From NCBI GenBank assembly GCA_011109175.1, contig RDEW01000033.1, positions 248,001-312,000 on the forward strand: DNA of 64,000 bases, in the 5' to 3' direction. Under the pieces are notes generated by a model. It searched no databases, had not been told where the DNA came from, and was given only the letters and a program-made list of their open reading frames with translations. Shown in pieces: positions 1 through 12,000 of this stretch (positions within the stretch are counted from its first letter, which is position 1; each line of letters begins with the position of its first letter). This stretch comes from Dicyema japonicum. Taxonomy: Eukaryota > Animalia > Dicyemida. The translations under genes were made by a program, and so were the position numbers.

Positions 1-727
1 CAGTGTTGTCCTCGTCCGGCCGCGGAAACGATAAGCTTCTAAGACAAAATACTCCTCCATTGATATGTTGGCAGGGGTCCCCATATCGTGGTGTAGTATG
101 TGTCCAAAGAGCCTCCATCTCGAATCAGTAATATCACATGATATTGGCTTAGTTCCTGTTCTCTTGTATAAGATTTCGAATGGCATTTTGAAAAAGCTTC
201 GGGAAGAAAGGAGTGCTCGGAGATGATTTCTGTGAAAAGAATTCAACTTTTCGAGTTCCTGCCTATGCCCATGTACTGGCATTATATAATAGGCCTCACT
301 AGGGCATTGTATAGTCTCATTAGAGTTTTAGGGTCAAGCCCTTTGTGCAGAAGCCAGGTCTTTTTCATTTTGTTGAAAGCGACATTAGTTAGTGTCTTCT
401 TTCGTGTTGTATCTTCGGAGTCACTGAGAAGAGATCCTAGTTTTTTGATCTACGCCAGTGCTCGTCGGTCTTTTCCTCACTTCTTTTTAGCTCCGTGATT
501 TCGGTTTTGTTTGTGTTTACTTTTAATGACCACTCAGCCATTTTATCAGGCATTTTCTCTAAAAGTGCAATTAACTCTTCTTTGTTATTCGAAATAAAGT
601 CCACGTCGTCCGCATATGCTATTATGCTCGTTCCTTCTCTGATATGAGGCTTCAAGCATATGTCGAAGAAAAATTTTACAATGCTATAATCATTAAATCT
701 AATGTGGAACTGATGACTTTTAGCCAA
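1..727 (-). mobile_element. Degenerate RTE-clade non-LTR retrotransposon, RT domain and 3' portion
   Basis: ORF 437-727 contains YADDVDF and the downstream KTEITE...W..SK segment. Downstream frames read LDPKTLMRLYNALVRP, typical of the RTE C-terminus. Related to 31021-33300 and 54165-56050. Confidence 0.8.
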
Positions 728-899
728 TGATGTATATCAAAATTTATTAAATCATAAAAACGGAAAATAAGTTCAGGTGATGATAATATGGCTGACTGGT
801 TACATTTTTGTGGTTTCTTATCTTTGAACCTTCAATAATTTTAATCTATCAATTAATTTATAAAGTTCAAATAACAATTTTATTAAATTAACGGACAGA

Positions 900-1330
900 T
901 TGACGGGATCTTTTGTTCGACAGCGTATCTTCAACGACCGGATCGAAGATAACTCATGGAAGCATGCCTCACATCGGTAAGACTTGGAGGCCTTGGAATT
1001 AGCAACCCTGTAGACATTTCTCTCCCTGCATATCTCTCGCCGCTATGGCCTGTAACACCAATGTCAGAGGATTCTACACACCCTCTCTGAATTCTCTATT
1101 GACCAGGACGCCGGTCATTCTCGTGAGACCTGGAGCCGCACCTATCAGTTTTCTCAACCTTCCATGTTCTTTCAGCGGGGTCTGGACGATGCTGTTTGCC
1201 GGAATTTTTTTGAAAATCTGCTACTCTGACCAACATCTCCGTGCCTGTCTGTTGTCGGGGGCGTCTTCCGATAGCGGTGCCTGGCTTAACGCAATTTCTA
1301 ATAGAGTTTTGGGTACCTTTGATCAATAAG
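900..1330 (+). mobile_element. CRE-like (RLE-type) non-LTR retrotransposon fragment, post-RT region
   Basis: Frames read SVRLGGLGISNP and DSGAWLNAISN, motifs typical of CRE-like elements. A second copy lies at 4225-4510. Confidence 0.65.
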
Positions 1331-1399
1331 TCCGTATTGGGATCTCATTAACCTATTATACACAAACCCTAAAAAGTCATGCACAATGATATTTATTTA

Positions 1400-1760
1400 A
1401 AAAGAAAACTAACTCACCACAGCTCTTACCCTTAATGGAGATTCAATTCCCTCCATAAACTTTGTCAAGTTATTGGGTATCACGTACGACGATCTCACGA
1501 CATTAATAACATATTAACAACAATATCTCCTCATTCCAAGAACAGTTGAACTTAGTAAAAACTCTTTCTGGACACTAGAAAGCCGCTTCAACTAAATTTT
1601 AAGCTCACTCTATAATACATACAACTGACAATCAGCTATGGCTGTGAAACATGGGGGACAAACCTGTTCAATACGAACCTAAAGAAAATATCTTTCAAGG
1701 AACAGTAACTAGAACTCTACAAAGGTTCTGTACCTCGCTGTTAAAACCAACTCCCTTTGG
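1400..1760 (+). mobile_element. Degenerate LINE RT C-terminal (thumb) fragment
   Basis: Reads LNGDSIPSINFVKLLGITYD (KxLGxxxD motif), with stops and frameshifts. Confidence 0.5.
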
Positions 1761-2081
1761 GGAACTTTAGAGGAGAACGAAAGCCCTAGTGACACCTCCA
1801 AAGTTTCCAAAAGTAACACGTGCATACAGGAAGTACGCTGAATCTGGAGACAAAGACCGAATAAATGGCTGATTATTGAGGTTGGAATCATTTGAAGGCC
1901 GTATTTTTCTAATATGTCTGTGATTATTTGTTTTAATAAAAAAATATTCGAATTATAGTAAATCACATTTATTCCTATTAAAGGCTAGTCAGATAGTGGA
2001 ATAAACTTTATCTCGGTTTCATCGAAGTGCGAAACATCGTAATTCGTGGTTATTTAATCAAAGATCGCTATTCTAAGCTAT

Positions 2082-3107
2082 ATGAACATTTGTTTATTCA
2101 TACTGAGTTCTATTGCATTTCAGCAGTCAATCCTAGGGACACCCAGCAAAACAACCGTCTTGAATGCAATTATATTCTCGAACGGAGTCATAATTCCTTC
2201 TAATTTAGCAAATATGTGTAGAATCTTGAAGACTAACTGTTGGCTGTGAAAATTATTTAGATATTAAAAAGTTATCGGCAAAACAGGGGAATTCTCAATT
2301 ATTGGTCACCTGTTCGGAATATTTACGAGTAAGACTATTTTTCGAAGGTACTATTGGTTTGGGACTTTTAGAGACTCCCACTGCTGTCTACGTATTCAAC
2401 GATCACTTCATTCCGTCTTCTATGATTTTCTACCGTAAAAAAAACTTTAAGGAGTTTAAAGAAGATTTATTTTTCGTAAATTAATTAAATATGAAGGTTA
2501 TAAATGGACTGAAATTTAATATAAAAACAGAAAACGAGTATTACATGTCCTTTCGGAGTGAAAACATGTCAGTAATATACAATTTGCTAATTTTAAACGA
2601 AATTGTAGAATTTGGTATTTTTTGTTGTGAAAGCAGACTTTCCAATCACCCTCAAATCATTTACATCAGAGTACAATGAAGGTGTTCTAATCTTTGATGT
2701 TAAAACAAATTCAGAATTTACAGATTCAAAATTTTGCTTAGGAAATTCTTGTCAAAAGTTAGAAAACAGTAATTTTGTTTAAATTTGGAGACACAGTGAA
2801 GTTTGTAGCTAAAAAATACATGAAATGTCCAAAAAACGTGACTTTCCTGCTTTCGAGAGGAAATAGAGAAATATATTACTTTGAATCGAAAATTATAAAC
2901 AAAAAGTCGCATAGAGAGATATATGTGGTTTTATTTTTAATCCCACTCCTGGGGGTGGTCTTTACTTTCATACTGATTTTGATAATTAGGAGAATGAATA
3001 ATAAACAGATTAGTGTAAACTACCGCGACTGTAAACGGCCACGTGAAGTCTCCTATAAACGATCTCCAATACTCCATAGACTTAACTTTAAATTCGAACA
3101 AACTTGA
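2082..3107 (+). CDS. Putative multi-exon type I membrane protein of unknown family
   Basis: The ATG at 2082 begins a signal-peptide-like MNICLFILSSIAFQQSILG. Same-strand ORFs 2302-2484, 2491-2679 and 2775-3107 follow, ending in a hydrophobic helix (YVVLFLIPLLGVVFTFILILII) and a basic tail. Exon junctions were not resolved. Confidence 0.4.
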
Positions 3108-4224
3108 ATTTGGAATAAACTTTATTCTACTTTGTCTTATTTCACGAGGGACATAATACCCTCACATATGCATTCCACACACTCCACGGTCAATATATAT
3201 TTTGTGGATTTCGACTCTTTTTTTGTCTTTATAGTGGTTACCTTATGATTTCTTAATATTATGTGAGTAGTCATTTATAATTTCTTAATAATTACATAAT
3301 ATGAAGAAACTAGAAAATGCAAACTAATTAGATGTCCTCCTTCTCAAGGAGAGCGTGGAGGAATCTACATGGATGATCGTCCATGGTGTTGCAGATGCGA
3401 CGAGGAGATAACTTTATAATAATGATAATCAGTGAGTAGTCTGACATTATGATCAAATGTGGTAACTAATATAATTTGGTTTCTCATAGAGCATATATTT
3501 AATAATGGGGAAATACATACTCTCATTAATAATAATAACAGCCTTTTCACGAGAGCCATAATATAGCTCCGCATAGGCAGGACACACACTTTATTTAAGT
3601 AAAGAACAGTTAATTTTAACTAATCGTAGAACCAAGGAATGATCTTCACTTCTTTTTTTCTTTTTCTTGTGTGTGAGTCCTTTCTAGACAACCCTTTTCT
3701 GGTATATCTGGCAGCTATATAGCAATTTAAAGTAAAATTGATAAATTCACTCAGATTTATCAAAGTTAATGGTTCAATAAATTGTAGCCGTATTGGGATT
3801 AATGAAAAATAATTATTGGATAAATTAGGTTATAAATCCAAAATATCCATAGGGAACATACGGGTTTATGTGGGTTCAGGATCAAAGGAGGTGGTCATTG
3901 TTGCAACGTATTGAGATCACGCGATTTTTCAGTTCCCCGTGGATTTCTTGTTGGTCAAACAGAGATAAAATATCCTTTTATTAAGTTTATTGGAAGTTCC
4001 TTTTCAGTTTTAGACTAGAAACCTTTTAACATAATGAACCCTCCACATTTGACTATTGATGTACTTCCCAATATTGGAGATTGTCATTAAAATTATGACA
4101 CATTTGATTACTCATCAATTAGAACGATTCTTGAATAAATCCGTTTGATTGTGTTATCTTTAGTATTTCGATTTTAAAGTCTAGACATTCTGGTGAATTT
4201 AGATAATTTATAGATAATCTCTCT

Positions 4225-4510
4225 CTGCATATCTCTCGTCACTAATAGCCTGTAACACCCATGTCAGAGGATTCTACACTCTTTCCATAAATTCTCAATT
4301 GACCAAAACGCCGGTCATGGTCGTGAGACCTGGAGCCGTACCTATTAGTTGTCTCTACCTTCCATGTTCTTTCAACGGAGTCTGAACGATGCTTTATGCC
4401 GAAAGTCTTTTGAAGATCTGCTGGTGTCATCTAACCAAAATCGCCGTGCCTGTTTGTTTTCGTGGGGCATCTTCCTTGAGCGGTGCTTGACTCAACGCTA
4501 TTCCTAATGG
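4225..4510 (+). mobile_element. Second copy of the CRE-like fragment
   Basis: Aligns by eye with 1021-1310 (gcatatctctcg...gcctgtaacac.atgtcagaggattctacac...cgtgagacctggagccg). Confidence 0.75.
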
Positions 4511-5300
4511 TCACTGTTAGTTATAGTTTCTCCATAACTCCTAGAGACAGACAGTAATCAGACAATAATTTCTTTAAAGTGATTAATCTAATTATATACA
4601 CGTATAGTAGATGTCTTTGGACCTTCTTGTGCCAACCCAGGTAGTTTTGTGCTTTGAAGGTTTTTAAACGTTGTATTGCATAGATACAGATTTGATGAAT
4701 TACAGAAATCAATGAGTGTCGAGATTTCAATATCCTCGATCATATTTTCTAATACAGACTTCATAATCCCTTCTCATGCCACCTTTGGAATTCCAATCAT
4801 GACAAATGAACGTTAGTGTAGATTTATGAACTTGCATATATGGTTTCGACATGATTTGGTAAAATTCTTCCAATTCATCAATATTTTCTGAAATGCCCAT
4901 GTGTGAAGTATATACGTTAATAACGGTCATCATAGTCTTGGAAGATAACGAAATTGCATAACAGCAACACGATCGTTGGCTGTCCATACTTTATGCATGC
5001 AGTTCGTTAAATTCAAGTTGATCGCAAAACCAAGACCCTAGTGACGATTATCTGATGGGAGTAAAATAATTTGATAGTTTCCAAAGATTCCTTAGGATCA
5101 AAAAGTGTCCTTTGTCTCTTGTATGCAGCAGATACCAATTTTGTAAAGTGACAGATCTTCAGATAGTTGTTCCAGCTTGATTATAGATGAGAGGCCTCGA
5201 ACGTTGCATGTGGCGATAGTGAATAAGGATTTTGAATTCAAGCATAATAAAGACATAATTTTACAGAGAAAAACAAAAGTCACCACTTCAACCAAAATAG
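4510..5300 (-). mobile_element. RTE-clade 5' end and AP-endonuclease fragment
   Basis: Reads TIATCNVRGLSS...ICCIQETKD and CHDWNSKGG (APE motifs). Homologous to 33590-34190 and 15410-15665; shared 5' motif ttggttgaagtggtgac. Confidence 0.8.
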
Positions 5301-5479
5301 ATATTTTCTGAAATATAAGTCAACAAGCAGTGTTTTAAAAAGAATACTTAAGATTAGAGTGTTAAACTGCCTACTGTCTGAACTGAAGACTGGCAAATAA
5401 GAATGAAGAGGTTAAATGATTTGACGTTCACCTTTTAACAAACTTTATCAACAAGAAATGTAAGTTTATTTGTATCACA

Positions 5480-5940
5480 AGTCCTGCCGTAGTTTTGGCT
5501 TTCCTCTCATGGCTTTAACCCTCTTATATTTAAAGAGTCAAGGATTACACTTTTTTAAAAAGTTTGGCATCCTCTTCTCTACGACATCTCCAATCGACAT
5601 TAATAGCCTATTCTTACCTAGGGTATCGTCGAGTCATTTGTGGATAGCTATCTTGATCGTAAATCTTCTCGATTTGTCCATTACGAGATAACACGCTCCC
5701 TGTAACTGAAGAAATAGCATCCCTCAAACCAATAGATGAGTGAAGGAATAATCGTCCGCAAGTATCTAATATGTAAGTTCCTTTTTTGTGATATTCTTTT
5801 ATCCATAATTCTGAACTTCCTGAGAGCAAGAATTACGGCCTTTTGACTTACAATATCAAATACCTTTAAGACGTCAAAACATACGACATTCAAAAAACAT
5901 TTGGAGTCTTGACTAACTTGGATCTGATATGAAATAAGCA
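5480..5940 (-). mobile_element. Highly degenerate RT-like retroelement fragment
   Basis: CFDVLKVFDIVSQ resembles the DxxKAFDSV RT motif. No intact ORF. Confidence 0.35.
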
Positions 5941-6019
5941 ATCAACACAGAATCGATACAAATGAAATCCAAATTGGTTGAGGTATGTTCTCTTGCAACT
6001 CCTATGTGGCTTAGCGACT

Positions 6020-6560
6020 ATTAAGTTGTTGGTTTGTTAGTTAAGTAACCCCAGTCTCATTAACTTGTGTGAAGCCAGTAGCTATAAAATAGGATGCAGT
6101 AAATGCCGGTCGCTACCATAGATCGGTCAGTCCTGACATTATAGACGAACGTTGTGCTAATTCATGACATTCAAATAGGTGATTTGTTGTCAACACGTAG
6201 AGGTTGCAAAAGGGACAGAGGATATCGTACGTTGGTAGAGAAGGGGTAGTGCCCACATCGTAGACGAGCCAGGTTTACTCGGAATAGAGGATTCTGATTG
6301 GTCTATTAAAGGAGGGGGCCGGTGTAACATTTTATTATCATCGAGTCTTCAGAAACAAAGTCGTGAATCTGTTTCGGACGACTCCGATCATTGGGGCTGG
6401 AAGGAATAAATGATAGCATTCGAGGCAGATCATTGATTGCCAATAATTTTTATTTTGCATAGAGTGACAGGGATGGTCTCAACTGTAGGGTTGGGAGAGG
6501 AACTGCAGAGCTCTCCGTTCCAAGTGGTCTCCAATTGGAAGGATTATTAAGTCGTCGGTG
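6020..6560 (-). mobile_element. 5'-truncated LINE 3' end with zinc-knuckle remnant and AAC-rich tail
   Basis: The reverse complement matches 44515-44835 (cgagtaaacctggctc.tctacgatgtgg...ctgaccgatctatgg.agcgacc). It encodes CPFCNL..LTTNHLFEC and ends in cttaactaacaaaccaacaac. Confidence 0.75.
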
Positions 6561-6709
6561 TAAAGAACGTTTAATTCTTCTTGTGGAATTATGCAATTTG
6601 TTGTATTTTGTGTTGTATTATAATATTAAATAATAAAATATATAACTTTTTCATAATATAATTTTGCATAATAAATAATATAAAAGTAAAAATGATAGTA
6701 ATTATTAAA

Positions 6710-9302
6710 ATGGCACAACCTAATATGTGGGCAACAAGAGTTATTATTTAAATATAAATTTAGATTGAAGAAAGGAACTACGAATATGTCAATCAACAAT
6801 ATAAGGAGATTTCTAGTAGGGTGCAAAATAGAACTTATCAGGATTACAGAAAAAGTGGATTTCAGTTTTTGAGTGATTGTAAGTTTACTGATTAGTATTA
6901 GATGTAATGCAGAATGAGGAAGAAAACCTGGAAACCATAAAGCTGGGCACAAACTGTTATGAGGCAAATGCCCTTCCGCCTGTGTTGTACTCTTATAAAT
7001 TAAAATTTTCCAATGATGATGATATAATAAGAAATGAAAGAATTAGAACAGTAATAGATGAAGTAGAGCCAACAATAAAATGTTTTTTCTTTTATGATTC
7101 TGAAACTCAAATATATACTAAAGAAAAATTACCTGTTTGTATTTGCTTTAATATTAGAAAAATGAATATTTTTTTAGTCATAAACTTGTCAACTTTAGTC
7201 TGACTTATGAGAGTACTCTAGAGAAACGTACTCAACAATACACGACTGCAATAAATGCATTTATGAGATCATCATATGAAATATATGGAAATTATATTCC
7301 TTTGGGGAGAAACTTTAGAGAAACCCATAATAAACAAATGACTCACAGAGGAAGGTGGCTGTGATTGATATGTGCAGAAACATATATAGAATTGGAGCAT
7401 TTCAATCCAGTGTGATTGATTGTGAAACAGGTGTATTTCTACAGTTGAAACCCCGAAATGCGTTTGAACATAAAGATACGTTTAATAATATGCGTGATCT
7501 ATACCAAGAACCAATAAATCTAATGGTCAGGACAATGTAATTTAAACCTAATAATATTAGATATAACAACAAATTACATAATGTTATTGGAATTGAGAGA
7601 GATGTATCACCATTGTCCACATTTGCTTATAGGAATGGGGTAATATCATTCAGGGATTACATTATAAATGTAAATTTAGTAAATACGTAGAAATATGGAG
7701 TTAAGAGGAATATTCCTGGGAATCAACACATGCTAAAAGCGAAGAGTCGCAGATCGGATGATATTAGCTTACTCATCCCTTCAGAATGCGTAGTTACTAG
7801 TATTATTTATTATTATTTGAGATTTGTCCACTGAAATTCTGACAGAGTCAGCTTTTAGAGACATATTTCACCCAACACCAATTCAATTTAATGAGAGATT
7901 AATTAATTTGAGGAATAACTTGTACAGTATTGATAATAATACTAATGAAATATCATTTCTACAAAGTCAGACAATTGTTACTGGAAAGATTTTGCCTCCT
8001 GTTAGAGCCAGGAATATAGAAAATCCAGTATTATTTATCCTAATTGAAGGGACGTAAAATGCATCTTGTTTTATTTATTTTTAATCAAAATAATGTCTAT
8101 CGGGGTGATCTCGACCAAATTCAACAAAATTTCCGTCAAAATGTTAGATTCGAATTTATGAACGTACAAAACTCAAATCCAGATGATATTATAGCAGCAT
8201 ATGGCCAATACAACAGACAACCGGATCTTGTTGTAATATTCATCGATAGTAATGCAGCAGATAGGTATAAAGAAATAAAAAGAAGGTTTTATGAACAATT
8301 AGGTAATCCCACGTGTTTACAGTATAGTAATGACTCAATGTGTGGTGAGCTATAAATTAAGAGTAAAGGTTAGAACTCTGGTGACACAAATCAAAGTCAA
8401 ATTGGGTATACTAACTCCTCAAATGGGGTCATATATTGTAATTTATAATAACCAATTTAGCCAAACAATGTAATGTTTGTTGGAATTGATACATTTCACG
8501 ACACTTCTGGAAATTCAAGGTCTGTGGCTGCCTTTGTCTCGTCCGTCGACCAAACAATGTCCAACATGTTTAGTCGTGTGGGCTATCAGAAGGAAACATT
8601 AGAGATACACACATCCATGTTCACATTTATGGAAGGTTTTTATTATTAATTTTTGTCAGAGGCTTGTATTCAATGGCGAGAGACAAATAATCGATTCCCT
8701 AGCATGATTATTGTTTACAGAGATGGTGTGGGGGATGGACAACTTGATCAAGTTAAAGAATATGAGGTTAACATGGCTACAATGGGAATCAGAGAAGCTG
8801 TCAGGCATTTTAATCAAAACAACATTGAGTATGTTTATATGACATGTAGTATTCCCTTGACATATATAATAGTCAAAAAACGAATTAATATCCGTTTTTG
8901 TAAAACTGGGAAAACACTAGAAAATCCAAATCAAGGAACTGTAGTAGATTCTGTTGTGACTCATCCTCGATGGTTTGACTGTTTGTTAATATTAGGTATG
9001 ACTTTTTCCTTATTCCCCATGAGGATAAACAAAAAATTATAAAACCAAATCATTATAATATTATTCATGATGAAAATAAATTTAGAAGAAATCAAATTTA
9101 CAATATTACTAATGAACTCTGTTCTCAGTATCTCCCGTGTGGTGTTTGTGTTGGTTAAACAATATTTTAGAGAACAATCAGTATTCCTACAGTTTGTATG
9201 TATGCACATAAATTGGCATATCTCGCTGGAACCGTTTTGAATAGTAATATTTATACTTATGGTCCTCATCCCCATTTTTCACTTAACATGCATTATATCT
9301 AA
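6710..9302 (+). CDS. piwi: Piwi-clade Argonaute (N-PAZ-MID-PIWI), about 750-770 aa, 14 introns of 21-27 nt
   Basis: Hand-spliced into one open frame. PAZ: YNNKLHNV, LIPSECVVT. MID: YKEIK...PTQCV...KVKLG. PIWI: MFVGIDTFHD, IIVYRDGVGDGQ, KKRINIRF, NPNQGTVVD, WYDFFLI, CMYAHKLAYLAG. Ends in TAA at 9300-9302. First intron 6740-6763. Confidence 0.95.
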
Positions 9303-9689
9303 CTTTTTTCTATTTTTCCGTTATTATTTTGTATTTCTTTAACGCATAGTTTTTAATATGGTTTCATATAGTTCCCCATTGGGAGTGAGCGCATCTGTGA
9401 GAACCCCTCACTAGAGATCCTTTTTGGATGTTGGGCAAGCACTAGGCGTCTCCAGAGTTAGTTGGATTCATGACACTTATGGGAATTGAAGAAGGCAGAG
9501 AATAGAAATGTAAATCTGCTAACTGTTTTGGACCCCATAGCTAAACTACATAGTCTAATTACAAGTGCAGTTAACTTTAAATTATATCACCTAAAATAGC
9601 ATTATAACATTATAACCACAAAATGTAGCATTTAAACATTTTTAATTTTTGAAAAAAAAACATTGAAACATGCAAAGATTTTTCAGGAT

Positions 9690-9830
9690 AGTGAAGGTGT
9701 TCCCACAGATCACCCCAATTTCGAGCCTCTGCATCAACCAGAGTCTTTCGCAAGGCTCGCATCTCTTGGAAGCAAGCCTTCGTCCGATACTGGAGAGAAA
9801 TTCATCCGTCTTCTCTCCTATTATATTAAA
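9690..9830 (-). mobile_element. CRE-like RLE C-terminal remnant
   Basis: Reads GEKTDEFLSSIGRRLAS...LWLMQRLEIGVICGNTFTIL, the same terminal motif as 50900-51200 and 63177-63365. Confidence 0.65.
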
Positions 9831-10279
9831 AAATTCAACTATTTATTATAGCTCATAATCAGATAGTTTTTCACATTAGAATCTTCGAAATTTCTGTTTT
9901 TTGTTAAAAAATATAAACTTTTTAATCGCCCACTCAACACAAAATGGCGTTACAGGGTATCTGTTTAAATCGTAATAGTTAGTTGATGTTATATTTTGAA
10001 TTTCCTTTCAATTATATAATTTTATTATTTTCTTGTCTCTTTTTACTTAAAATCCAAATATTTCATATTTTTATATGCTTTATGTAATGTAAATTTTTTT
10101 CTGTTCCGATCAACTGTTCCAGAATATTGTTCTTAATGAGTCGCGTGTAGATTTGTGATAATTGAATTGATTGCATTTGTAAAATTCCATAAAATTCCAT
10201 AAAATTCAAAAAACTAATAATATCACATACAGACTCTTAATTTTCGAAATAGTATATTACTGTAGCAGACCAACTATTC

Positions 10280-11150
10280 CATCTAAAAATTATCTAGGTG
10301 AATGCCTTGTAGTGACAACATCTGGAGGACATCCGATATCTCTGAAAAGATATCTAGATTTATTCTTTGTCGTAACACTTTTAAATTTCTTTGATGAATC
10401 GTAGAATATACATTTTCGTTTTTGTCTAGGAAGGCCATGCGGTGATTGCTTAACTCCGAATTATGCAAAGCCAGAGAATCATGTTTTTTGAATGTCATAT
10501 GTCTCGACATATCAAAAGCATTCGACAGTGTTAATCAGAACCATAATCGGTCAGTTATCTCGGACGGGAAGCCAAAGGAACTAGTGAATTGGGTGAAAGT
10601 GTAGAAAGAAGAAACTTCTATGTTAGATGCGACGCTATTTTCCAAATATGATATTATTGAAGAGAGGAGTCCCACAATGATCAATTTTGAGCCCTCTATT
10701 ATTTAATGTTTTAATAGTTGGTTTCCCGTCTGCTAGGTCACTAAATACGAGATCTCTGATATACGCAGACGACTTGATACTGTCAGATGTGTTGAGATCG
10801 AGTAAGATCTCGGTAAGGAGACTCAGTGTGCATAAGGAAGAATGCGGTCTCCAAGGATTAAAACTGTCAGAAGAAAAATCTAATGATTGAAGTTTTTCGG
10901 TCGAAAAGGAAAAGGAAATTAGCAAGACTCCCTATACGAAATCATCATTGCTCTTTGAAGTATCTCGGAACAGCTATTAAAAAATCTGGGAGTACATTAT
11001 GTGACTTTGAACTCCGAAGGAAGCCCACCATGCAATCTTGTGAGGAAATTGAGACTCGAAACGATATGTTTGTATTTATTTTTACGACCATTCAGTCACT
11101 CCTCTATGGACTAGGGGATGGTATTACACTGCATACAAAGAGCGATTAAT
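10280..11150 (+). mobile_element. Degenerate LINE reverse transcriptase
   Basis: Reads ICLDISKAFDSVNQ, SPLLFNVLI, LIYADDLIL and KYLGTAIKKSG across shifted frames. Confidence 0.8.
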
Positions 11151-11159
11151 TTTGCTTCT

Positions 11160-12000
11160 TGAAAAATCGAGGAGAGCAGGGATCAAGATTCCCCTGCGCA
11201 AAAGATTCGACGAGAAGCTAGATGAAGATTTGTCGCACACACGGAGTCATTATGCAACCATTGCAAAAAAACAGGAAAACTGTTGATCATTTGGCCACTC
11301 AGTATGATAAATGCTAAACAGTAATTATCTCCGAAGACATAATGAAGTGGTAAAGTGTATCCATCTTCATCTTTGTCAAATTTATAGATTCAAAAGAAGC
11401 AGAAAATTAAAAAGGGCATTCGGTTCAGTCAATATTGACGACTCAAAATCAGAGTTGACACGTCGATTATAACAGAAACAAAAGTTTATCAAAATGATGG
11501 CTTCGGTTATGACAGAAACAAAAGTCAATAAACCTGATATTTTTGTGAATGACAAAATAAAGAAGGAAGTAATTTTAATTGAAGTGGGGATACCTCACAA
11601 GACCGACTAAAGCAAGTTGAAGTTGAGAAACTTCACAAATATGACTTGCTAGCAATGAACTTTGGCTGCTCTATGAATGCCAAGTGAAGATTATTCCAGT
11701 GGTTTTGACATGGGATGGAGTTGTCTCAAGATGCTTCAAGAATCATATGGATAAATTATCTATTGAAAATCAACGATGACTTTATCGGTTGTGCTGAAGA
11801 GAACGCTCGAAAGTATGCTCATTGAACATAAGCATAAGATGAAGTATACGATGAAGAGTACGCCTCAGCTACCTCCCAATTTGTAGAACTGAGGAAAGCC
11901 CACTGGACTCTAAAATAGAAATTTCGACTGAATCTGATGTGGAGATGGGGAATAACTTGATGGCACACTCTTCTAAGAGAAAAGGGATTACCAACAATCT
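11160..12000 (+). mobile_element. R4/Dong-like RLE retrotransposon 3' part (CCHC + PD-(D/E)xK endonuclease)
   Basis: Reads CNHCKK...VDHLATQ, KPDIFVNDK...ILIEVG, EKLHKYDLLA and IIPVVLTWDGVV. Same family as 44430-48870. Confidence 0.85.

Noticed and set aside
10179-10210. aaaattccat tandem repeat (about 3 units)
   Set aside because: Short, low-complexity duplication with no spacers; not CRISPR-like or otherwise informative.
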